Below the pieces are notes generated by a model. The model was not told where the DNA came from. It saw only the letters and a program-made list of their open reading frames with translations, and did no database searches. From positions 64,001-128,000 of the forward strand of contig NJBH01000008.1 of the NCBI GenBank assembly GCA_005223125.1: DNA of 64,000 nt, written 5' to 3'. The position numbers and the translations under genes were made by a program. Each line of letters starts with the position of its first letter. Within the stretch, counting starts at the first letter, position 1. Source of the stretch: Promethearchaeota archaeon Loki_b32 (lineage in GTDB: Archaea; Asgardarchaeota; Lokiarchaeia; Sigyniarchaeales; SOKP01). Of this stretch, positions 47,628 to 58,146 are shown in pieces.

Positions 47628-49670
47628 TTAGGGTGGTGAAAGTAAATTCATTTTGTTTTCGACATCTGTGTTTAATTCTTTGATTTTTTTTTCTAATATT
47701 TTAAGTTCTTTTTTGATTTCTTCAAACCTGCTTTCTTGAGTGTTCAATTTTTTTATATATCTTTCTTTTAATGAAATGGATTGACTATCTTCCCCTAAAA
47801 CCGAGATATTTTCTCTAAGTCTTACTTGTTCATCAGTCATTATGTCCCTTTCTTCATTTAGTTTATCATCTTTAGCTCTTAAATCATTTAATGTTTGAAT
47901 TAATCCCGCAATTTCCTTTAATTTGGTTTCTAGATCTGGATCAATGAATTTTTGTTTTACATAAAAACCTACTCGTTTTAGAAGATCTTCTTTGTTAAAG
48001 TTCCATATATAATTACTTGAGTAATTTTCTCTTTGTTCTTTTAATTTAAAAACTACCGCATCCTTAGGTTTTAAGGTTAATTTGAATCGCCAGTAATTAG
48101 TAGTTTCTTCGGGTTCAACTGGTTTTTCTATAACTTTATATTCATATGTCTTAGGATGATCAAGATAAAGCTCCTTTTCTTGCTCAGTTTTATTTTTGAT
48201 CTTATAAGTGGTCGTCATGTTTGTGTAATAATATTCATAAGAGTAACCGCTGCCAAATGTAACTCTATGTACACTTAAGTTTTCAGATTCTTGTTCATGA
48301 GTGATAATTACTGCTTGTTCTATTGCATAGTTTAACAATCTCGTATCTCCTTTATTTAAGAAGGGAATAATTGCTTCTCCAGCAAGATTATCATCGTAAA
48401 TGATTGTAGCAGGTCCTGTTTCTAGTGTTAAATTAGTATTATTGGTAATTTCTAAACATGCATTAGGATTTTTATCGTGGTCGTTTTTATTGTATAAAAG
48501 AATTCTATTTGATTTAATCGACTCTGTAAGGATTGGAACTAAAGCAGATTGTTTTCTTTTGATTGTTACTGGATTTGAAATATTATATTCAAACAACTCT
48601 CCTAAATCTTTTGTTTGGGTTTTAACTTGAGATTTCACTTTATCGTAGATTTCTGTATCAGACATAACACTTTGCATGCGTCCAAATCCGCCACCTGCTG
48701 GAGCAGGAGGAGGGCGGGCACTTTTACTCATAGTTCTAGCTCTTTTTTTGGATGGTATTGCCTCCATTTCTGCCATTGCATAATCATCAAATTTATCCAT
48801 TTCTAAACCCTCTTCAATCTCTGTTGGTCTAGCACTTAAAATTTTTGGTGGTTGAATAACAGGGCGCTGAATGAATATCGGCCTATAAAAGGCGTAAATG
48901 AAGCTTACTGGAAGACCTGCAACTAGACTTAATTCAATATCTTCCCAATCCTGGTTAGTCGTATTTTCGATGAGACTCCAACCAGAAAGTAGACATTTTT
49001 GCTCTAATTCTTGTTGTTTACTCATAATCAATCGATAAGATGTTTTCCAGATTGGACTTTCACGAATATAAGATACAAAAATGTTTCTTTCAGCAGCATC
49101 ATCTCCACCAGACTCACAATTTATTATAATTTTTTTTGCATCCTTTTTTTTCCCAGCAATTACGGTGTCTAGGAAGAATTTCAAATCTTTTTTAATCTCT
49201 TCATTTAATATTTCAAGAGATTTAATTTCTGAGAAGTTATATTTGGCAATCAAATCATCTTCTTGTAATAAAATCAATAATTTCTCGGTAATTTTTTCGA
49301 CCTTACTCAATTTTTCTACAAATTCTATTCCCATTATCTTTCCTGAAACTTTTTTAGCACCACCTATGGTTAAATTTACATCAGCTCCTTTAATTTGTGT
49401 TATAAGAGAGGAAAAAGAATCCCTATCAGGAATATTTAGCATAATAGATTTTAACAATTGAGAAGTTTCTAAAGCAGCATCATAAGAAATCGATGAAACG
49501 TATCCCTTTTCGCTTGTATCTAGCACAAAAAGTGATTTTAATATATCATTCATTTCATCAATCTTAAATTCAAGTTCAAATTTCCCAGTACCTTTTAAGA
49601 TACCTTCAAGAATGTAATAGGATACGCCGTGTTTAAATATAATTACTCTTTTTACATTTATTTTTGACAT
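47628..49670 (-). CDS. DUF4139-like protein
   Basis: RV..FKHGV.Y, NDILKSL, P.WK.SYRL, EN.T..DW....LSLVAG.P and GELFEY; C-terminal coiled coil. Confidence 0.8.
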   Translation of the reverse strand: MSKINVKRVIIFKHGVSYYILEGILKGTGKFELEFKIDEMNDILKSLFVLDTSEKGYVSSISYDAALETSQLLKSIMLNIPDRDSFSSLITQIKGADVNLTIGGAKKVSGKIMGIEFVEKLSKVEKITEKLLILLQEDDLIAKYNFSEIKSLEILNEEIKKDLKFFLDTVIAGKKKDAKKIIINCESGGDDAAERNIFVSYIRESPIWKTSYRLIMSKQQELEQKCLLSGWSLIENTTNQDWEDIELSLVAGLPVSFIYAFYRPIFIQRPVIQPPKILSARPTEIEEGLEMDKFDDYAMAEMEAIPSKKRARTMSKSARPPPAPAGGGFGRMQSVMSDTEIYDKVKSQVKTQTKDLGELFEYNISNPVTIKRKQSALVPILTESIKSNRILLYNKNDHDKNPNACLEITNNTNLTLETGPATIIYDDNLAGEAIIPFLNKGDTRLLNYAIEQAVIITHEQESENLSVHRVTFGSGYSYEYYYTNMTTTYKIKNKTEQEKELYLDHPKTYEYKVIEKPVEPEETTNYWRFKLTLKPKDAVVFKLKEQRENYSSNYIWNFNKEDLLKRVGFYVKQKFIDPDLETKLKEIAGLIQTLNDLRAKDDKLNEERDIMTDEQVRLRENISVLGEDSQSISLKERYIKKLNTQESRFEEIKKELKILEKKIKELNTDVENKMNLLSPP

Positions 49671-49766
49671 AAAATTATTATAACGTATTAAAAATTTAAA
49701 TCTTGATGATTATCCACAAAAAAAAAGGTATTAGAAAATCTGTTAAAAAGATAGACTTTGTTTTTC

Positions 49767-49905
49767 CTAAATACTTCTTTTTAAAATTTTCAATATGTCC
49801 CCTTCCAAAGTAGAAGAATACTCCGAGTTTTCCACTATAATACCTAAATATTCACCAGCATCATTAAAGAAATAAAAAGATGGAATTGCCTTCAAATCAA
49901 ACTTA
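49767..49905 (-). repeat. Direct-repeat copy of the thioredoxin gene 3' end (left island boundary)
   Basis: 139 bp with 5 mismatches against 62786-62924. Confidence 0.95.
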
Positions 49906-50441
49906 AATAATTTTAGTTACCATGTAAATTCTAACGGATGATATGAAGTGTTTGTCGTTATTTCTATTCGATACAAGCATTTTACTATCCTTTAGTATGC
50001 CTTTTTTCCTTTATTCTTTCCCAAAATTAAATGAAAAGCACTTTGATTTATTCTTAATCAAATAATCTCGCTATTTTTTATCCCTTTTTTTACTATCTCA
50101 TCGTAATATCCATCATAATATCATAGACTTGTACTTGTACTAGAACTAGTAAAATTACATAGATGCTCGACTAAGGGATTTAAATTGATTGATTAGATGG
50201 ATGAGAAACAATTACGTGCATTTTAGCAGTTAATAAGGGAAAAAATGACCGATTACTCGGTCAGCAGTTATTCAGCTCCCCTAGGAGCGAAATTAAGATT
50301 TCTTTGCGGGTTCATGTTTTTTTTCTTTTTTTTTTTCTTTTTTTAACATTATCGGAAAAGATTCTATTTTTTTAGGTAAATTTTATTTTTATAGAAAAAC
50401 TCACCTTAATTCAGATAAATTTTTCTGATAAATTAGACTAA

Positions 50442-52073
50442 TTGATCGTAATGAAACATGACACAAAAATGACTAGAATAAAAACTGTTGTTTCGAGATT
50501 TTGTCCCAAAATTTTAAGGAAAATGAGCGATTACAACAAAGATACTAAAATTAAGCAAATTGAACCAGGTGAATCAGTAGTAGAGATGCAGGGGATCACA
50601 AAGCGATTCCCGGGTGTGTTAGCTAATGATACTATTAATTTTGAGCTGAAAGCGTGTGAAGTTCATGCTTTGCTTGGAGAAAACGGTGCAGGCAAAACAA
50701 CCTTAATGAATATCTTATACGGACTCTATCGATTTGATTCAGGTGAAATTAAAATTCAAGGAGTCCCGGTTCACCTAAGATCGCCAAAGGACGCCATTGC
50801 AATTGGAATTGGAATGGTTCACCAGCACTTCACACTAATACCGACAATGACAGTTGCAGAGAATATTATTCTGGGGGTCAAGTCTTCCAAAGGACCTCTT
50901 TTGAATCTCGCTGAAGCCGAGAAGCAAATCATCGAGCTCTCAAAAACCTACAATCTAGAGGTTGACCCCAAAGCAAAGGTAGAACAGCTCCCAATGGGTA
51001 TTCGCCAACGAGTTGAGATAATAAAAACTCTATACCGTGGTGCACGGATACTTATTCTCGATGAACCGACCTCAGTTCTCACTCCTATGGAAATCGACGA
51101 TTTTTTTGACGCTCTGAAATCCATGGTAAAAGAAGGGTTGACTGTTGTCTTTATAACTCATAAGTTACCCGAAGTGTTTGCCATAAGTGACCGTGTCACA
51201 GTCCTCAGACGTGGACGTTTTGTTGAGACAGTTGAGACCAAACTAACTAACCCAATGGACCTTTCGATAAAAATGGTCGGAAGAGAGATCCATTCAGGGC
51301 AGGAGAGGGTTGATATCAAACCTGGTAAGGTTGTTCTTGATGTTCAGGGTCTTAAAACCATGAATGACAAAGGTCAAGAAGCCCTCAAGGGTATTTCTTT
51401 CTCAATTCACGAGGGTGAGATACTGGGAATTGCAGGGATCTCAGGAAATGGTCAGAAGGAGCTCGCAGATGTACTCTCTGGTATGAGACCATCTACAGAT
51501 GGCACGATTCGGTTTCTGAAGCAAGATGTAACCAATTACACCCCAAAGAAATTAATCGAAATAGGTATAGGGGACATCCCTGAGGATCGGGCAGGCACTG
51601 GTCTTCTGATGAACTTTTCCATCGCGGAAAACTTGATTCTAGAGTCCCATGCTAAGACTCCATTCTCACATCGATCGTTCTTGAATAAAGACGAAATCCG
51701 AAAGTATGCAGAAAAAATTATCCAAGAATATGACATTGACACACCAAGTCCTAATGTTCCACTAAGAAACCTGTCAGGTGGTAACCTCCAGAAGGTTCTC
51801 TTAGCAAAAGTTCTCTCTAGAGATCCAAAATTGCTTATTTTAGCTCAACCTACAGCTGGATTAGACGTTAGAGCAACAGAATTCATATCTAAAAAGATAT
51901 TGGAGGAGAGAGAAAGACAAGTGGCCATTTTACTCATCTCTGAGGACTTAGAAAGAATTATGACCCTGAGTGATCGCATCGCAGTCATCTATGAGGGTAA
52001 AATTGTAGGGATAGTTCCTACTGCTGATGCAAAGATCAGTGAAATTGGTCGGATGATGACTGGTGTTGTATAG
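50442..52073 (+). CDS. Nucleoside/sugar (CUT2, NupA-like) ABC ATPase with tandem NBDs; true start probably ~50523
   Basis: GENGAGKT, MVHQHF, LDEPT, GISGNGQ and LSGGNLQK. Confidence 0.92.
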   Translation: MIVMKHDTKMTRIKTVVSRFCPKILRKMSDYNKDTKIKQIEPGESVVEMQGITKRFPGVLANDTINFELKACEVHALLGENGAGKTTLMNILYGLYRFDSGEIKIQGVPVHLRSPKDAIAIGIGMVHQHFTLIPTMTVAENIILGVKSSKGPLLNLAEAEKQIIELSKTYNLEVDPKAKVEQLPMGIRQRVEIIKTLYRGARILILDEPTSVLTPMEIDDFFDALKSMVKEGLTVVFITHKLPEVFAISDRVTVLRRGRFVETVETKLTNPMDLSIKMVGREIHSGQERVDIKPGKVVLDVQGLKTMNDKGQEALKGISFSIHEGEILGIAGISGNGQKELADVLSGMRPSTDGTIRFLKQDVTNYTPKKLIEIGIGDIPEDRAGTGLLMNFSIAENLILESHAKTPFSHRSFLNKDEIRKYAEKIIQEYDIDTPSPNVPLRNLSGGNLQKVLLAKVLSRDPKLLILAQPTAGLDVRATEFISKKILEERERQVAILLISEDLERIMTLSDRIAVIYEGKIVGIVPTADAKISEIGRMMTGVV

Positions 52074-52163
52074 GGTAGGGTCCACTGATGATAATCTTGA
52101 TCATTGTATGGGGGAACCTTGTTAATATTTTTGAGGACTGAGATTAGATGAGGACAATCCACT

Positions 52164-53186
52164 ATGACTGATTCGGAGTCGCCCTATTATCGTTCAAGTC
52201 ATCATGCTAAATCTTTGTACTTGAATGCTCAATCAATAGGCCTGTCTGCTGATGACAGGATTCAAATACAAGGCAAAATTGGTCTGATACATAGTATATT
52301 CCAGCGCGTAATCAACATCACCGTGTTGGAGAACCGATTGATCAGTTTGGTTGGACAAGAGGTAGGACAAGGACCGTTGAATATACTTGTGAACATTCCT
52401 AATCATATCAATCTGTCAACAATCGGGATAAAGAGGGGTGATATCGTAACACGAGTCGGTGAGTCAATAGTTATAGGTGAGAATGTTATTGTGATATCAA
52501 CCCAGTGGACTGAACTATGGGAGCCAAAGAGAAAATTTCCAGCTAGTCTGCAACCCCTTAAGACAATTATGGCAAACATAGAGATTATGAGAGATATTGC
52601 CCTTGCTTCTGATCACCTCAGTGGTTTAGGTGAATTAATTCCTTTCACCCACATTAACGGTCTTAAAGATTCCAAAACTGAAAAATTAGGTTCTGTTTCT
52701 CATTTGGCGTTACCTCATATTTCATCAATGCTCAAGGCAATAAAATCTGGTCATTCCCACGACATAATACGAATTACCAAACATCTTGTAGGATTGGGTC
52801 CAGGACTAACTCCTGCTGCTGATGATATGCTTCTCGGGTTAATGATTAGTATGTTGTATATTTCAGAAAACTTTAATGAAACGAGTATTGATGTCAAGAA
52901 AATCAATAAGGATATTATATCCATCATTTCAAGGAGGACTACAATTATAAGCGAAGAGTTCTTAAGAGAAGCTTCAGTTGGAAAAGTAAATGAAGCTGTC
53001 GCCTCTCTTATGGAGAATTTGTTGACTTCAAGACAAAGAGAGTTAGAGAATTCTGTTAGAAACATCTTGGATTTAGGTGGTACGTCTGGCACAGATACTG
53101 TGTTTGGAGTCATCCTAGGGTCACATTTAATGCTGATCGACATATACTATAATAGTAATAAAAATGAGGGTATTTTTCGCTTGTAG
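52164..53186 (+). CDS. DUF2877 / YlbF(AllH)-like protein
   Basis: HSIF..VINI, LVGLGPGLTPAADD, RTT.IS and G.TSG.D. Confidence 0.88.
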   Translation: MTDSESPYYRSSHHAKSLYLNAQSIGLSADDRIQIQGKIGLIHSIFQRVINITVLENRLISLVGQEVGQGPLNILVNIPNHINLSTIGIKRGDIVTRVGESIVIGENVIVISTQWTELWEPKRKFPASLQPLKTIMANIEIMRDIALASDHLSGLGELIPFTHINGLKDSKTEKLGSVSHLALPHISSMLKAIKSGHSHDIIRITKHLVGLGPGLTPAADDMLLGLMISMLYISENFNETSIDVKKINKDIISIISRRTTIISEEFLREASVGKVNEAVASLMENLLTSRQRELENSVRNILDLGGTSGTDTVFGVILGSHLMLIDIYYNSNKNEGIFRL

Positions 53187-53491
53187 TTTTCGTATCTTTT
53201 CCAAAGTCTCAATACAAACTTGAATCCCCTTTTGATCTGGATTTACAATCATCCCATGTGCATTTTTACTTTTTTTTAGTTGAATTATTTCAGCATCGGT
53301 ATATTCGTTCCAATTATTTATAGGAAATATATGTATGCGCTCGCGGTTGATTCTAGGACTTTTGAAGTATATTGATTTTTTTCTTTTTTCTTTCACGAGA
53401 AAATATTTCCAAAATTTAATCCATCAATCCCATAAGAAAGAGGTTGACATATGATATCACTGTTTCTTTTTAATTAATTAATTAGAAAAAA

Positions 53492-54397
53492 TTATTTTTT
53501 AAAATGTGTACCGGTCTTTCCAAGGAGGGCATCTTGGATATGATCAATCGAGGTAATGATCGCTTGAGCGCCGCCTTGTTCAATAAAATTGACACACGCT
53601 TGGACTTTCGGTCCCATGCTTCCTTTCGGAAATTGCCCTTCGTCCAAAAATTTTGTTGCTTCGGGGATGGTCAATGAATCGACAAATTTTTCATCCGGTT
53701 GCATGAAATTGATGGCAACTTTTTCTACATCTGTGGCTATCAAGAGGATATCGGCCCCGATCTGTTCCCCGAGTTTGGCGGTAGCTAAATCTTTATCAAT
53801 AACCGCTTCGACTCCGTGAAGACGTTCATCCTTTTTATACACAGGGATTCCTCCCCCGCCACATGCGATGATAATAAACCCTTCTTCCATTAAATGCTTA
53901 ATTTCTCGCCATTGGTAGATTTTAATGGGTTTCGGTGATGGTACCACTCGGCGCCACCCCCGTGACGTGTTGACAAATCCCGGACGGGGATCTGGATAAG
54001 CAGGTCCAACAGGTTTTGTGGGGTTCTCAAATGCCGGATCATCTTTTTTTACCGAGGTATAAGTAAGCACCGTGAGAAAAAGTTTGTCATCGGATATACC
54101 TAGGCGCATTAGCTCTTCGTCCAGGGTGGATTCAATCATATACCCCATTTGACCTTGTGTCTGCGCCCCGATGATGGATAACGGCATTTTTGGGACCTCA
54201 TCACATGCTTCTTGTTGTAATAGTAAAGCCCCCGATTGAGGTCCATTCCCGTGAGTTATCACGATGCTGAATCGTTTCGAGAGTTCGGCAATGGAAGCAA
54301 CAGGTTTTCGAATGTTGGCAAATTGCTCTTCTGCTGTGCCTGCTTGGCCTTTTTGGATGAAGGCGTTCCCACCCAATGCGATGATTAATTTTTGCAT
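53492..54397 (-). CDS. arcC: Carbamate kinase
   Basis: ALGGNA, THGNGPQ, PTKPVG, RRVVPSP, EAVIDKD and GSMGPK. Confidence 0.95.
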   Translation of the reverse strand: MQKLIIALGGNAFIQKGQAGTAEEQFANIRKPVASIAELSKRFSIVITHGNGPQSGALLLQQEACDEVPKMPLSIIGAQTQGQMGYMIESTLDEELMRLGISDDKLFLTVLTYTSVKKDDPAFENPTKPVGPAYPDPRPGFVNTSRGWRRVVPSPKPIKIYQWREIKHLMEEGFIIIACGGGGIPVYKKDERLHGVEAVIDKDLATAKLGEQIGADILLIATDVEKVAINFMQPDEKFVDSLTIPEATKFLDEGQFPKGSMGPKVQACVNFIEQGGAQAIITSIDHIQDALLGKTGTHFKK

Positions 54398-54405
54398 TAT
54401 TTTCC

Positions 54406-54582
54406 TCAGCTTCCTTCCAATTTTTCTAGGAATTTGAGGATATCAAGGTCGCCTCCAGCAGGAGGTCGCCAATTTACATGGATTACATCCACATTCTGTT
54501 TCTCCAAATCATCAGCAAACATTTCGATTCCAATATTGATGACCTTGAGTTCCTTGCTAAAAAGTTTTTCTTTCTCAGTCAT
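54406..54582 (-). CDS. Small FdrA-associated protein (58 aa), not in the ORF track
   Basis: MTEKEKLFSKELKVINIGIEMFADDLEKQNVDVIHVNWRPPAGGD...; start overlaps the fdrA stop (TAATG); GGAGG SD upstream. Confidence 0.85.
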   Translation of the reverse strand: MTEKEKLFSKELKVINIGIEMFADDLEKQNVDVIHVNWRPPAGGDLDILKFLEKLEGS

Positions 54583-56156
54583 TAGAACACCTCCTCAAAA
54601 AGTTTATCTTGTATAGCACCTCTAGTCGCAATTAGTGCTGCCAATCTGGCTGCTTGTGCGTTACTGGGCATAATTATCACACCTACATCCTCCAGAAGCT
54701 TATATTGTTTATCAAATTCTTGATGATCAAGGGATGTACCCACGATGGAAGCCATGACAGACAAGTACCTCCCGTTACGTTCAGCATATGCTTTTACTTC
54801 TTGTATGGGTGATATGAGTTCGGCTGCGGGGTTATCATGAGACCCATACCCTAGAACGACATCCAAGAGAATAACAGCGGTCTCAGGGTCATTTCCTTCT
54901 TTGATTATTCTTTGATTACGGAGTGTGTAATCAATCATTGGGTGTGGTCTACCAATTACGAATTCTTCCGCACCCATGTCCACACAAGTATGGTTCTTGC
55001 TTAAAGTTGAATCTTCTAGCATCAAATGAGGTTTCAGGGGTGAATTGGAGAAAATTTCTCCGAGCAGAGGTGTTATAAGAATCAACGTTTCATAGGAGAG
55101 AGTTCCACCTGTATAAAGACCCCGTACGAAGTTCTGATTAGCAACCAATCTATCCCATTCAGATCGGGCGATAGAAAGAATTTCTTCTCTTGAAGCAGTA
55201 AATATATTTTTTATTACTTGTTTTCCTTGTACAAGAGCACAAGCTGTGGTGGCTGCATCTTCTAATGTTTTGGCGGCAGTATAACCTTGATTTTCAATAT
55301 CACCACCAAGAAAATTCACTATTACTGGCTTACTGGATTGACGTGCGATTTTTAGTACTTTTTCACTAATCTCTTGATTGGGTGGCTTAGAAATGAGAAC
55401 GATAACTTTGGTTTCATCATCTTGTTCTAGGCGTTTTATGCCTTCAATCATCATGATGCCTCCTACAGTTTTTGAGAGGTCATTTCCACCAATTCCAATT
55501 GCTTGGGATATACCAAAACCCTCATTATGTATCAGAGTGGAAACCTGTTGCAATCCTGTTCCAGCTGCTGCTACTATTCCAATATTCCCTTGATTAACGA
55601 CATTCCCAAAGCCCAAGACTATATTATTGATAATTGCAGTCCCACAGTCAGGACCCATGACCAAGAGACCTTTTTCCAGAGCTAATTGTTTGAGCTCTAA
55701 TTCATCTTCAAGAGATACATTACTGCTGAAGATAAAAACATTAAGTCCTTTTCTAAGTGCTTTCGACGCTTCTCTCTTGGCATATACCCCCGGTACTGAT
55801 ATAATTACTAGATTTGCGTCACGCATATTTCTAAGTGCGGAATCAAGTGTCTTGGGGACTATTTTATTCTTATCTTTTGAAACTCGATTTGTAAGGAGCC
55901 TGTCAACTTCAGAGAGCGCATGAGCCATGCTTTTTTCATCTTGAGTATCTAGAGCTATCACTAGGTCGTTTGGACTTGCCTTTCTGGCATCTTCGGTTAG
56001 AAGATTCAAGGCATTCAGAAAATTCTTGTTGGTAGGTGTGCCCATGACAACACCAGCTTGTAACACCCCATCGAGCTCAGTAACTTTGTTAGATAGTCTC
56101 ATTAGAATCACAGAGTCTCGATACGTGTCTTTACGAATAATTACAGTTACAGTCAT
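54582..56156 (-). CDS. fdrA: FdrA (AllF)-family protein
   Basis: YRDSVILM, ISVPG.YA, MGPDCGT, ISKPP, GGTL, GRPHPMID and LLDVVLGYG. Confidence 0.93.
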   Translation of the reverse strand: MTVTVIIRKDTYRDSVILMRLSNKVTELDGVLQAGVVMGTPTNKNFLNALNLLTEDARKASPNDLVIALDTQDEKSMAHALSEVDRLLTNRVSKDKNKIVPKTLDSALRNMRDANLVIISVPGVYAKREASKALRKGLNVFIFSSNVSLEDELELKQLALEKGLLVMGPDCGTAIINNIVLGFGNVVNQGNIGIVAAAGTGLQQVSTLIHNEGFGISQAIGIGGNDLSKTVGGIMMIEGIKRLEQDDETKVIVLISKPPNQEISEKVLKIARQSSKPVIVNFLGGDIENQGYTAAKTLEDAATTACALVQGKQVIKNIFTASREEILSIARSEWDRLVANQNFVRGLYTGGTLSYETLILITPLLGEIFSNSPLKPHLMLEDSTLSKNHTCVDMGAEEFVIGRPHPMIDYTLRNQRIIKEGNDPETAVILLDVVLGYGSHDNPAAELISPIQEVKAYAERNGRYLSVMASIVGTSLDHQEFDKQYKLLEDVGVIIMPSNAQAARLAALIATRGAIQDKLFEEVF

Positions 56157-56168
56157 ATTATAATACCT

Positions 56169-57113
56169 TCATTTTCTCCAATACGGGACAGTTAGTGCAG
56201 ATGGAGCTTTTGTTGTCCCTCTAAATAGTACAATTACTACTAAGGCCACAAGATAGGGCATAATCAAGACTAAGTAGTTCCAATTGCTTGGGATATAACC
56301 CCCGCCTATTAGATTAGCCGCTACAGAATATCCTAAGCCAAATATCAGACTACCCAAAATGGCTCTGTAAGGACTCCAGCGTGAAAAAATTACAACAATT
56401 ATGGCGATCCAGCCACGTCCTCCTGCAATACCGCTATCATAAAGCCCTAGGTATCCCAATGATAGATATGCACCAGCCAAACCTGCCATTGCCCCGCTAA
56501 AAATGTCACAAAGATGTCTAATCAGGTTAACATTAATACCAGCCGCATCACACGCTTCAGGATTCTCTCCAACCGCTCTGATTTTGAGACCCAACGTAGT
56601 TTTGTATAGGATCAACCCGAAAACAATCGCTAGGAAGTAGGCGAGATAGACAAATGCATTATGTTGAAACAAAATCTCCCCAAGCACAGGAATATCGCTC
56701 AGAAAAGGGATATAGATAGAGGGTAGGGTAGTTACAATTGGAACTGTTTTTTTAAGGACAATATTATAAAGAAAGTTAGCTAAACCAGCAGCTAAGGACA
56801 GGATTAGTAATCCAGCTATCAATTGATTGACTCTCATTTTGACACAGGTAAGGCTATGAATCAATCCAACACCTGCACCCGAAACAATAGCTGCAAGTGT
56901 GCCTAAGATGTAATCCCCAGTTTCGAAAGTTACCCACAAACCGACGAAAGCCCCGAGCGTGATTATTGCCTCGAGCCCTAAGTTGATTACTCCTGCTCGC
57001 TCATTATAAACTTCGCCAATGGAAACAAAGAGAATCGTAACTGAAAGTAAAACACCTCCTGCAAGGATCGATGTAATAAATTCTATCATGATGATTTCCT
57101 CGTAGTCATCCAT
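56169..57113 (-). CDS. Nucleoside-type ABC permease (NupC-like)
   Basis: ERAGVINLGLE, RAVGENP and GRGWIAI. Confidence 0.9.
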   Translation of the reverse strand: MDDYEEIIMIEFITSILAGGVLLSVTILFVSIGEVYNERAGVINLGLEAIITLGAFVGLWVTFETGDYILGTLAAIVSGAGVGLIHSLTCVKMRVNQLIAGLLILSLAAGLANFLYNIVLKKTVPIVTTLPSIYIPFLSDIPVLGEILFQHNAFVYLAYFLAIVFGLILYKTTLGLKIRAVGENPEACDAAGINVNLIRHLCDIFSGAMAGLAGAYLSLGYLGLYDSGIAGGRGWIAIIVVIFSRWSPYRAILGSLIFGLGYSVAANLIGGGYIPSNWNYLVLIMPYLVALVVIVLFRGTTKAPSALTVPYWRK

Positions 57114-58108
57114 TTTTGAACTATCAAGACAGTGAGCACTAGCACTGCCACCATAATGAAAATGATATCAACAGGGATTCCTGCCCCCCGCTGCATAGAT
57201 TCTCCTCCGATTTGTAGAACTGCAAAGAAGAAAGCAGCAAAAATTACACCAATGGGATGAAAGATTCCCAAAGCTGCTACTGCTATTCCTTGAAAGCCAA
57301 AACCAGGAGAAAAACCCCTAATCAAGTAATGATGTACACCAAATACTTCCAGTACCCCTGCTATTCCAGCTATTCCCCCACTTAGCAGTCCTGCAGTAAT
57401 CACAACCCTTGTTACGTTAACCCCTCCATGTTCGGAAGCCCTTGGATTTTGTCCAACAGCTCTAATTTTATATCCTATTGTTGTTTTATACATAATTATA
57501 TAGATAATCAAAGCTATAATGACCACTAGAAAGATACCTACATGAAGCCTGTATTTGGGATCTAACAAAGGCAACCAAGTTGACTCTGGAAGGAAAGGTG
57601 TTCTTGGATTGAACGTATTTGGATCCTTGAGCGGCCCAATAGTGAGCCAAGCGATTACAAACATCGCAATGAAGTTCATAACAACAGTTGGAAATATTTC
57701 GTTAATTCCCAGCTTGGTCTTCATGATAAGTGGGATTGCCAACCATAACACACCTCCCATGAAACCTGCAATAAATATCAATGGTAGTGCGATAAAGCTA
57801 GGTACTATTTCCATCCTAGCACCAATCAAATACGCTAGAAGCCCACCAATGTAGAGCTGCCCCTCGACACCTAAATTCATGAATCGAGCTTTGAGAGCAA
57901 TCAGGAAAGCCAATGCGGTCAGTAGTAGCGGAATAAAGCGGATTAGCGTTTCACTAATGCTATTGGGTCTACCAAAAGCACCGGTAGGTATTGATACTAA
58001 AGCGCTGATAGGATCGTAGCCCAACAATAGTAGGGTGACAGAGAAGACAAGTATGGCCAAAAACAATCCAATTGGATAAGATAAGTAATTTTGGTATTTC
58101 TTCACCAT
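57086..58108 (-). CDS. Nucleoside-type ABC permease (NupB-like)
   Basis: NLGVEGQ, NEI, RAVGQNP and GFQGIAVA. Confidence 0.9.
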   Translation of the reverse strand: MVKKYQNYLSYPIGLFLAILVFSVTLLLLGYDPISALVSIPTGAFGRPNSISETLIRFIPLLLTALAFLIALKARFMNLGVEGQLYIGGLLAYLIGARMEIVPSFIALPLIFIAGFMGGVLWLAIPLIMKTKLGINEIFPTVVMNFIAMFVIAWLTIGPLKDPNTFNPRTPFLPESTWLPLLDPKYRLHVGIFLVVIIALIIYIIMYKTTIGYKIRAVGQNPRASEHGGVNVTRVVITAGLLSGGIAGIAGVLEVFGVHHYLIRGFSPGFGFQGIAVAALGIFHPIGVIFAAFFFAVLQIGGESMQRGAGIPVDIIFIMVAVLVLTVLIVQKWMTTRKSS

Positions 58109-58146
58109 ATAAAATCAGCCATTCTGTGTTCACAATCGTTGTTTTA

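Noticed and set aside
53127-53396. 89-aa minus-strand ORF in the island
   Set aside because: It overlaps the DUF2877 end and has no recognisable motif; possibly a remnant.
54392-54616. Plus-strand 74-aa ORF
   Set aside because: It is the antisense shadow of the real 58-aa minus-strand gene at 54406-54582.
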